From: Balanoglossus misakiensis
Taxonomy: Eukaryota > Animalia > Hemichordata
Assembly: GCA_040954595.2 (NCBI GenBank)
Contig: CM082577.2
Span: 12,371,654-12,435,653 of the forward strand
Length of the DNA stretch: 64,000 bases
Direction: 5' to 3'
Numbering within the stretch: the first letter of the stretch is position 1; each line of letters begins with the position of its first letter. Below are positions 24,501 through 36,500 of the stretch, in pieces. Below the pieces are notes generated by a model, which saw only the letters and a list, made by a program, of their open reading frames with translations, made no database searches and was not told the origin of the DNA. The position numbers were made by a program, and so were the translations under genes.

Positions 24501-27500
24501 GTTTCCTTAGGTTTCACTTGTGATATTTTTATTAGTACAATGCATCTTTGTATTAAAATACTTGCTTTTGGACTAACCTCTTTCTTGTAATGGCTATTCT
24601 GTTCTAAGCTCTCTTTAGCTAAATACCGTGTATCTTTTGCTTGTGTCATCCAGTGACAGTAAGACTGTGCACTACCCTTTTGGGCTGAATAAAGTATTTG
24701 TTATGGGTGCGGGGATAATAATTAGGCAAAAAGCTATGATCCAATATCTCACTGTATTTTCTTGGTTTCTTTGAATATTTGTTTTCTCGAGTATTACTTA
24801 TGCATATATTGTACTCATGTTTAATGATATTTGGGTGGACTATTTTTCAGTCTGAAAGTATTTCTTCTTCTCTAGGAATTACCTACTGGTTTAACAGTTC
24901 TCCATCTTATGGCACAAAAAGAGGACCCAAAATATGCAGAACTATGCCTCTCACTTAAAGCAAAAGTCAATGTCTTAGATAATGTAGGTTCACTATAACT
25001 TTTTTATCCAAACTTTGAAATCAGGCCATGCATATCCGTTCAATGCTCTCCAATATTTAATTGCCTCATGTTTTAGCGTATGTCTTATCAATATGACTAT
25101 TTGAAGAATCAAAACATGGAACGTTATACTAGTTTCCAACAATAAGTACTAAATTTTAAGAATAAAGATAATATTTTTTTTCTGGCATGTTCTTCAAGTT
25201 ATCATGTCAACACAAATGGTCACCAGAAATGTGTCACAAACATAGGCTGTCACCAAGCACAGCAGTAATAATTTGTTTTGAAATGGTAAGAAAACCTTTC
25301 ATGTTGATAGTTGTCATCCAAACAGTTTAATTTGTAATAGAAGCATGTTTACAATATTTTTGTTTTGTCAACAGGAGTGTAACACTCCTTTGTACTATGC
25401 TGTCCTAAGGAAGAATAAAAGGACAGTGAAAGTTCTTCTCAATGCAAAAGCGAACTTTATCGGTGAGGGGGTAAGTATGGTGATGCAGAATAGTTTTAAA
25501 CCATATAAGACAAAAAGAAGGTCCCAAAATAACAAATATCTTAAGGTTGAAAAAATGCCAATCATGTAATCATTTTTCTGTGTGCCAAATTTATCATAAA
25601 AATGTATTTTGGAACATGCCATCAAATAGTACATTTTCTACTTTTACTCATTATAGGATCCACAGTTTTCTGTGGAATGTAGACCCATGTATGTTGCAGC
25701 TGCAAAGTATCCAAACATGGACTTTGTTCGTGACTTAACAGATATGGGTGTTATTGATATAAATGATGCAAATGAGGTAAGTTATGGAGTAATATTTGTA
25801 AAAGATACACTGTTTCATACATTTTATTATTAAGTACTATATAAATAGACAATAAATGTTACTATTTTGAAACTAGAGTTTTCATTTTTATGTCATAAAC
25901 AGCCTGACTGTTTTCATGTTCATAGGATGAAATGACGGTACTCCATGAAGCTGCCGCTAATGACTTTCCTAAAGCAGTTGACCTTTTGATAGAAGCTGGT
26001 GCTGATAAAAACAGAGCAGATAAAGTATGTTCATATTCCAATTCCAATTCCAATTAAAGTTACATTAAGTATAAATCAAACAGACAATTTTGTTTATGGT
26101 AAAAGACTACCGAGATGGGCTTGCTAATACCACGTTCCTTAGCCATCACATTACATGTAGAGTGTTGAGAGAACATTCCTTTTCTTGAAATTTTCACAAA
26201 ATTTGCCAAAACAGGAGTTATATTAAATGGTATAAAGAAAACACTATGTCACGGTGCTTGATTTTTTGATAGAGCTTTTCAGATATTTTCATCATAGGAA
26301 AACTATAGCATTAGCAGTAGGAGAAAAGTGTTGACTCAGCATTTTCCACAATATTTAAGACCCCCTAACTGAAACATGGGAACACCCTGTTTTCTCCCTA
26401 TACTTTAGTTGATTTTAACAATTTTGATAAACAGTTCATCAGGATAATGGCAATATTCTGACTTTTGAGTAGTCATCTAATTTACATAATGTATTTGTTT
26501 TCAATTATGAATGCAACCATTATAACATTTACTCAAAGAACGGGTGCGACTTATAAAATGACTTTAACGGTAAATATCGTAGAAAAAAATATTGTATTGC
26601 CTTTTTAGGTTCTTCTTTGACATGTGAACAGTTTGAATATTAATATTATTTATAATTCAACTATAAGTTAAAATTGGTATATTGTGATTTATGATCATTT
26701 TATCATTTCTTGCAAGACTGGTGACACAGCTTTACACCATGCAGTAAAGGCTCGTCATCACTGTGTTGTCAACGTGTTAATAACAAAGGACGTTAACCTC
26801 AACTTAGAAAATAAGGTGAGTCAGTTTCTTCATAGTTTGGTGTCCAAAGGCTTTGCTATTTCTACTGTGATCTATACCATTGTAATTATACCGTAGATCA
26901 TTTGAATAAAATAAGTTTATGATTAAAGTCCGTTTTGCTGTCATAAAAACATGACGGGTCAACTTAAAATATCAAGAGTCTCTCTTTTTTGTTTTGTCCA
27001 GAATGGTGAGACACCACTCTATTGTGCACTCAAGCTTAGGGACATTGAGTCTGTCACACCACTGCTAAATGCACGTGCCTGTCTGTGCAAAGATATGGTA
27101 AGGTTTTAATTTGAAATAGCAGTAATCCGTTCCTCTCATTGGCTTTATTGACAGCATATTTACAATATCTCCTGGCGACTTTCATCAAATTTGGTTCTGT
27201 ATTTGGTTTGAATTTCCCACCATGGAATTTACCTGTTTTTTTTTGTGTGTGTATTGAACATACTTTATGATAAACCTCATGTTCTAGCCTAACACATCAA
27301 AAATTGGACAATTGTTGTGGGCTACCAAAACATATCAGGAAGACATGGTAGAAGACCTTGTGAAAGCTGGTGTTAAAATAGATACACTTTTACAGGTAGG
27401 AAATGCATAATAGTACACAGGACATTATGTTACGAATTTTATACTCTCACAAATAAGTGATAGAAATATTTCAGTATTTCATTTTCTGCAAGACTGTCAT

Positions 27501-30500
27501 TGATTTCGGTGGGAAATTAAAATACTTCAAAAGGTTCTATAACAAAGAAAAATGTGTTAATTTTATAATTTACTATACAAACATTTATTATCACCTTATA
27601 TTATGATTATTATGATGTTTTTTTAGGACGGACTCACAGCACTTCATCATTTTTCGAAGAATGGTGATGTTAGGGCTGTCAATATCCTTCTGACCAATCA
27701 AGCAAATGTCAATGAATTTTCAAAGGTAAAAAAGACCAAATTCTTTACTTCTTAATGAGATACTTTGAGCAGTGCACTACCATAAGTACAAAAACATAAA
27801 TACCAGGTTGTTACTGTCGCTGTTGAGTATATTGTACAGGGTTGAGTGGGTCCTTCAGCATTTTTTTTGGACCAGGCTCTGCCATCCAAGTTGAAAACAT
27901 CAACATAAATGCTAATAGTCCGTGGGCTGGAGGGGTCCACCGTGCCCCCCCCCCCCCCCATAAACCTACTACTGGGGTATTTTTTTGTTCTTTAGAACGT
28001 GCTGAACAAGAAAAAAGATGTTAACATTGAATATTTTGGGTGGCACTACCCCTCCGGGTTGGTTTTTGAATGGTATGTGCCGCTCAAAATGGCGAAAAAT
28101 GGGTTGGGGTAGGGGGTACTATTCTCTCTCCTAAAAAAATAAAACTAGCATGAAATTACATAAACCTTATATTTTTAGAAAGCTTAGATACTCCTCTTTA
28201 CGGGAAGCACAAACTTTATTAAAAATTATTTATGAATATTTAATTGGATGATTTTTAAATTATTTTTTTCGGCAATTTCGAAAGTTTTCACTCAAACGAC
28301 AATGTTACAATTGTGATTTTCTTTTTGTGAAGCAAATTTTTGACAACTTTTTAGGTTTGGATTATTTAATTCTATATATTAAACAATAAAACAAATGTTA
28401 ACATTAGTTATTTAACAATACAATACTTCTTTAGAGACAACTTTGAAATGCATGTATCCTATGGGATTACGCATGGTCTTGGGGTAGGGGGTACTATATC
28501 CTCTCCTAAAAAAATAAAACTAGCATGAAATTGCACAAACCTTATATTTTTAGAAAGCTTAGACACTGCTTTTTACGGGAAGCACAAATTTAAGTATAAA
28601 AAATTTATGAATATTTAATTATAAGATTTTTAAATTAATTTTTTCGGCAATTTTGAAAATATTCACCCCAAAGACAACGCAACAATTGTGATTTTCTTTT
28701 TGTGAAGCAAATTTTTGACATCTTTGGGGGGTTTGGATTATTGACTTCTATTTATTAAACAAGAAAACAAATGTTAACATTAGTTATATAACAATACTAA
28801 CAATACTTCTTTAGAGACAACTTTGAAATGCATGTATCCTATGGGATTACGCATGGTCATGGTGTAGGGGGTACTATATCCTCTCCTATACAACAATAAA
28901 ACTAGCTTCAAAGTACATAAACCTTATATCTTTAGAAAGCTTAGACACTGCTCTTTACGGGAAGTGCAAACTGGAGTAAAATTAATTTTTGATTATTAAA
29001 TTATATGATTTTTAAATTATTTTCTTCGGCAATTTTGAAAATATTCACCCCAAAGACAACGCAACTATTGTGATTTTTCTTTTTGTGAAGCAAATTTTTG
29101 ACAACTTTTTAGGTTTGGATTATTTTTTTTTATTGTCATAAACTAAACAAAATATCTCTACATCTCAAAAGAAAACAAAATGTTCAAGTACAGAAATTTT
29201 TGAAAATATTCCAGTACCTGTAGTGTGTGTGATTCTCTATTGCCTTTGCTTGGTAAGTATCAATTTTTTGTATATTATTGAGGTAAGATAAAAATCTGCG
29301 AAGGTTTGGCAATACTCGCTTAAATTTATATTTAAAGATAAAATTCTTTGAAAGTAATATAAAGTAATTCAGGGCTAACCACTCATCTTTTGTGTGGTTA
29401 CTTTGAAAATTCTATTTTATACCCACCAAAACATCAAAAGGGTACAGCTCAATGGCAATATTACACTTTGTCTGTAATTGCAACTCTACATCCTTCCAAA
29501 AAGACAAAATACAGACGCATTCGAAAAATAAATATATAAGGATTTCCTCATAATTTTCACAGAAGGTGCATTTCACAGAATCGCATTTTCCCTGTTATCT
29601 TTAAAAATGTATTTGTAGTACAGATTCTACTAGCAATTCTGAATTGAAAATTACGCAAAGTGGAATCCTTTGTTACAATAAATGGTAAGGCATAGTGTAA
29701 TTGCGAATCAAATCCCGAAGAGGTTTTTCCATTTTTGCGTACATCTCATCGGTTTAAGATTATTCTTCAAAAATAACTTATTATAAGTAAAATAGAGTAG
29801 GTTTTTTGCAGGATCTATTTGTGTGATACATGTTTGGGTGGTCATTATTTACAGAGCCTTGTTGCTGAATCTTTCTGAACCGTGATCTTGGAATAGCGTT
29901 GTTTAAACCCATATGAAGGAGACAGTTTGGTGAAAAATTATGTCAGTTACTAAAATCTTGAATGATAAAATGGAACCGGAAAAATCTAATAAATCCGAAA
30001 TATACATTACAACATTATCATATCAGCTTTTATAAAATATGGTAGCGTTGTTAACTTTCAGCTCTGGATTGAACCATATACACCTTTTTTATGTTATTAA
30101 GGATGTACGTTCAGTAAAATTGAAAGTATTGTCATTTTTTTTAATTGTGGATTTTTGGATTCTCCTTTGTATGTATAATGAAAATCCGTAATAAAATATA
30201 TGGGTCACCGCGCTTGTTTTTGAAATACAGAGCCATGAATTTAGTCGATAATAGAAGAAAACTGCTGACTCAGCATTTTTCACCAATGGTTTGTCTATGG
30301 GCAAAATTTTTGACGCAATTTATCTCAAAATAGAGCGCGGTGACCCCTATATTTTATTTGACCAATGAATTTATATTTGCTGGACTGAGCTATGTGTAAA
30401 ATTTCGTGAAAATGACAATAGTAGAAGTTTGTTTTCTAGCAATTTTCAATGTAATCCTATGGGAAAAAGACCGGGCGCGCACTGCTTCCGGTTTATGTTC

Positions 30501-33500
30501 TGCGCGTACATCCTTAATGGGGGGGGGGGGGGGGGGGGGGGTAAAGTTTTTGACCAACATAGTAGTACTGAGTACCAGAAGCTATGACGTGAAAATCTGT
30601 TTCTGGCAAACTCCACGACCTGAGCCGGGGTGAAGTGGGTAAGATAGCAGGGGATATACCCACAGTATAAACATTTCTATCCACTGAGAATATTGATTGG
30701 ACATTAATCTGTTAATCCACGAAGCACGCACTGTTTGAACGAATGAGGGAAGATGGGTCATTCGCAAACCCCACTCATCACAATTACAACATAATCTTAA
30801 TCTATTGACTTTATCAGGTTTTGAATTCCGATAAAAATCTAATAAGTGTACAGATTTGATTATCTGACATGGGAGGTAAGGATGAGAAAATATGAATAAA
30901 CTTTGACAAAGCAAGTGTTTTAGCTATTGTAATCTTGCCACATAAGTCACAGGTCGCCATGACCATTTAGTAAGCAGTGTGGACACTTCCCTTACTTTTG
31001 GTGTAAAATTTAACATATCGAGCCGAACAAGATCAACGTTCAGGTTAATACCAAGAACTGTTAACGGTTCATCAACCCATAATAAGTTCTTGTTTGGCAA
31101 CAAAATATCATGTGAATGGCATGTAGCACCAAACCAAACCAATTTAGTTTTTTGGTAGTTAATTCGCAAACCCGACAGAAAAGTAAAGAAACCCAAGGTA
31201 GCAAACAGATTTTTCAGAGAACTTTCAGAACCATCTAAATATACAAAAATATCATCTGCGTATTGCCCCAGTAAATTTTTTTTATCTCTAAGTGTAATCC
31301 CTTCTATATTACTATGAGCTCTGATTTAATGCCCAAGTTTTTCAACACAGGTGATAAACAGGTACGGTGATAGAGGATCACCTTGTCTAACACCTCTCTC
31401 GAGGGGAAAAAATCAGAAAAGTTTCCGTTATTTATAACACAACTAGTGGTGTTTTTATAAAACACTTTGACCCATTTTCTGAAAGAGGGATCAAAATTAA
31501 ACTTTCTCAATGCTTTATCGATAAATTCCCAAGAAAGCGTGTCAAACGCCATTTCAAAGTCTAGAAATACAAGCAAACCCGGGACCTTGTCTATCTTTGA
31601 AGTTAACAATACATCATAAATCAAACGTGTATTTTCACCAATATACCTTCCTTTCCTCAAAAAAACCTTTCTAGTCAGGGTGAATAACTTTTGGCAAGAA
31701 CCGTTTCATACGGTTTGCTATAACACCAGATGCAATCTTATAATCCGTGTTTAGCAATGTAATACGGCGCCAATTTTTCATGTGAAATCTGTTCTTGTTG
31801 GGTTTCGGAATACAAGTAACAATTCCCCGCTTTTGAGAAATAGACATTTTGCCTGAGGAGTAGGCAGAATTAATTGCACGGGCTATATAAACACCAATGT
31901 CGGGCCAAAAAAATTCCGGCAGAAAAACCGTCTGTTCCTGGTGACTTATTATTTGCTATTGACTTCAACACTACTCCACATTCATGCTTAGACAGGGCCC
32001 CTTCCAAAGAATCCCGTTCCTCAGTACTCAAAGTAGGCAAAGTATTTCCATGCTGCATAAAATTATCTAACTGATCAATATTGCAAGCAACGTTTTCTGT
32101 TTCTCGGCCCTAGTAAATTCCTAGTTGCATACGAAATCGTATCTCCACGAATTTTTATTTTCAACATATCCAAGAAAAGTTGATCCGAAATGGTAAAAGT
32201 GGGACCAGCTTGAGAGCTTCCCTCCTGTCTGTACTCATCCTTAGTATCCCGAATTGTATTTTTAACAATGTCCACATAATCGTTGTCATCCAAGAGAGAC
32301 GTATTGCAGAGTGGTCACTCCGGTAACCGACACTAATATTTGCAGTTGCGGTCATATTAGTGAATTCAGGCGTAATAAGAAAATAATGCAGCCTAATCTG
32401 AACAATATTAGGATTGCGCCAACACTACGTAAATGTACGCGAGGACTCGTTTATCATCCGCCAAATATCTATCAAATTATACTCATCACAGAGACGATCA
32501 ATTTGTTGCCTTGCATCCGAGTGAGAGTCTGTAGTGCGGCCAGCTGTGTCAGCGTCAAATCCCTCATTACATTCCAGTCCCAAACTGCAATAACTGAATT
32601 ATTACCAAACATATTGATCTGCACTTTCAAATCAATATAGAATATAGTACCCCCTACCCCAAGACCATGCGTAATCCCATAGGATACACACATTTCAAAG
32701 TTGTCTCTAAAGAAGTGTTTTATTGTTAAATAACTAATGTTAACATTTGCTTTCTTGTTTAGTATATATAGAAGTCAATAATCCAAACCCCAAAAAGCTG
32801 TCAAAAATTTGCTTCACAAAAACAAAATCACAATCATTGCGTTGTCTTTGGGGTGAATATTTTCAAAATTGTCGAAGAAAATAATTTAAAAATCATATAA
32901 TTAAATAATCAAAAATTAATTTTACTCCAGTTTTCACTTACCGTAAAGAGCAGTGTCTAAGCTTTCTAAAGATATAAGGTTTATGTACTTTGAAGCTAGT
33001 TTTATTGTTGTAGGAGAGGATATAGTACCCCCTACCCCAAGACCATGCGTAATCCCATAGGATACATGCATTTCAAAGTTGTCTCTAAAGAAGTATTGTA
33101 TTGTTATATAACTAATGTTAACATTTGTTTTCTTGTTTAATAAATAGAAGTCAATAATCCAAACCCCCAAAAGATGTCAAAAATTTGCTTCACAAAAAGA
33201 AAATTGTTGCGTTGTCTTTGGGGTGAATATTTTCAAAATTGCCGAAAAAATTAATTTAAAAATCTTATAATTAAATATTCATAATTTTTTTATACTTCAG
33301 TTTGTGCTTCCCGTAAAGAGCAGAGTCTAAGCTTTCTAAAAATATAAGGTTTGTGCAATTTCATGCTAGTTTTATTTTTTTAGGAGAGGATATAGTACCC
33401 CCTACCCCAAGACCATGCGTAATCCCATAGGATACATGCATTTCAAAGTTGTCGCTAAAGAAGTATTGTATTGTTAAATAACTAATGTTAACATTTGTTT

Positions 33501-36500
33501 TATTGTTTAATATATAGAATTAAATAATCCAAACCTAAAAAGTTGTCAAAAATTTGCTTCACAAAAAGAAATTCACAATTGTAACTTTGTCTTTTGAGTG
33601 AAAACTTTCAAAATTGCCGAAAAAAATAATTTAAAAATCATCTAATTAAATATTCATAAATAATTTTTAATAAAGTTTGTGCTTCCCGTAAAGAGGAGTA
33701 TCTAAGCTTTCTAAAAATATAAGGTTTATGTAATTTCATGGTAGTTTTATTTTTTTAGGAGAGAATATAGTACCCCCTACCCCAACCCATTTTTCGCCAT
33801 TTTGTATTCGGGTATAATTTGTGAACAGCATGATCCAGGATGGATCACCTTTTTCTGAGCATGTCTAAAGAAAAAACCCTAAACATGGGGTTTAATTTTC
33901 AGTTGAAATTCCCTAAAGATGGAACAAGAGCATCAGAAATGGTCCCAGTTAATTCTTAAAGAAACTATTAATATGGCAACAGAAAAAATGGTGATATGAC
34001 CAGAAAAAGCGACCAGGCGCTTTTTCTGGTCATATCACCATTTTTTCTGTTGCATATTAAGAGTTTCTTTAAGAATTAATGGGACATTTCTGATGCTCTT
34101 GTTCCATCTTTAGGGAATTTTCAACTGAAAATTAAACCCATGTTTAGGGATTTTTTCTTTGAAAAAGTGATCCATCCTGATCATGCTGTATCACAAATTA
34201 TACCCGAATCTAGCATATAACTGCCCGTGAAGGGGTTATTGCCTAAATTTAATAATTAGTAAATTAATACTTTGATTTTACTTATAAATCATTTTACTTG
34301 AACCTGGTCATTTTGAGAGTATATTGCCGGCTGAGAACAGGTTTTAGGGTCTGCGCATCTTTTCTGCGCATAACAAACTGTCGTTCAATGGCTTCCTTCA
34401 CGATCAGTCAACTCCCGCATATATGGCTTCAAAGCGACACACAGGATTAACAGCTGTTCAACTGGACGATATTTTACCGCAAACGGACAGTAAATACACC
34501 AAAGTCGCAACCAACATGGCGGTTTTATCTGAGTTCGAAGTAGGTACACTGTACAGTGAGATATTTTAGTTCACTGCAACCAGCATCGTACGAAATGGAC
34601 GCAACCCTCTATGCTGTGTATGGTCAAATGTTCGGTATAATAAAATTAATAACACATGTCATGTTCGGGCAATATCATGATCTTTGGCCTGCCCTCGGGC
34701 TGGTGATCTCTGACCATAATATTGATGATGCCCTCGCCTGCGGCTCGGGCATCATCATTATTATGGTCAGAGATCACCATCCCTCGTGCAGGCCAAAGAT
34801 CATGATATTGCCCTCGCTAACATGTGTTATTATTTAAATATTGATTCAATTATCCCAACCTTGGATGACATGCGGAATACTCACAGCTGGGAGGCAAAGT
34901 TGTAGCTCAATGTGGGTAGCTCAATAACTAAATACGAACCCAGTGGCCTGTATTTGGATTTTGGACATGAACACACATCAAGCAAACTGTCAGATCAGAT
35001 AAGCTGACAGCCATTCACAATGCAGAGACTCTGCCACAAGTGACGTTTTACACTCACTTTTTGGGTGTGCCCATTTTCCATAAAATACTATTTTTTTATG
35101 TTTAATATCTCGTACCAAAATTTTAGATAAACAAAAAGTGCATCAGTTTTTGTCTTGATCCTCAAATAAGGCCTCTCCTAATATCAATTATCACCATAAT
35201 TTATCAGCTGAGCATCTGCGCAACTGACAAGATCCGGTGAGGAATATTTAAATTTGCGTGTGGCGTAGACTCAGATAGAGTATCCGTCAGACGCATGAGC
35301 TACTGGTTAAAAGTATCCACACTAGTCTCTGTGTGGAGAATAGCTGACAGCATGAGTAAGTGCATGGTTCAGAAGGGTATCTATAATCAGTAGTGCTACT
35401 GATATTTTGATATTTTCAGAGTGGGTTTACTGCCCTGCATTATGCAGCAGCAGAGAGCCATATTGATGTAGCCAGGATCTTAGTAGAGAATAACACACAG
35501 CAGCTACATCAAGAAAACGTGGTAAGGTCTTACTCTCATTTATCCAGTGCTATTCATGAGGATAACGACTAAGCTAGGCAATAGATGTAGAATTTGTTGA
35601 ATAAAACAAGATCAGTCCAACTACTGTGAGTGTACCGGTATACACCGTTCCAATGTAGGTAGATTACCTGCTTCATTGGATGTCTGAATTGTAGTGGTTA
35701 AGTCTTGCATTGCTAGATGTTGAATGTGTATATATTGAGGAAGAATTCCGTTGTCTATAAGTCTTGGTTGCAAGTCAACGTTTGTGGTAACGTGTATTTC
35801 AGTAGTACTAATTTTTGAAATGCAATTGTGTTTTTGACAACAAGGCGAATTGTGTAGTAAACCTGATTAGGTTCTGTCTATGTATTAAAGTCTGTATTTC
35901 TAAAAAAACACAGCAACAACAGATATCCATGTTACACTGGGCTGTTGAAAACTTTGAAGATATTGTGGCAGAGACTCTCATCAAGGCAGGACTGGATATA
36001 AATGAACTTGCTCAGGGACTGAATAAGGTACGTGTTAAGTTTAATGTTGATATAAAAAATGGTAATAAATTATAATTACATTGTATAATGTCTTATTTCC
36101 AAAATTCCAAAACCTGCAATTTTGCAGGTTTTTACGTCCTTCTCCTAAACCAATTGTCCAGCTGTTTTGAAAGTTATTGTTTACAAGGAGTTGTTACCCA
36201 CAACTTAAACATGTTTACATAACTTTAATAGGCCATAGGCCAGCTGTTACAGAGACCACCAGCTATTAAATTTCTAATTACCAGTGGCAGGTCAGTGAGT
36301 GTCTTTGTCTGTCTGTCTGTGTGTGTGTGTGTCTGTTCCAGGGCTGACTGAAAGTAGTTGCTTGTCATATGTGTGTGTACAGACAATTTTGGTCAAAAAT
36401 AAATTTTTCTAGCACCACTTGTAAGACTGCCTTGACACATGGCAGTTCATTGGGCATGTTCCTTGTTAATTTTTTTACATTCCATATATCCATGATTAGA

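Larger units (their letters stand above)
27916..33804. mobile_element. Family C (Academ-like) copy 2, foldback with tandem roughly 375-bp units in both arms
   Basis: TAGTCCGTGGGC start. ggggtagggggtactat recurs at about 28107, 28481 and 28861; its reverse complement recurs at about 32646, 33023, 33393 and 33768. Right terminus missing. Confidence 0.72.
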
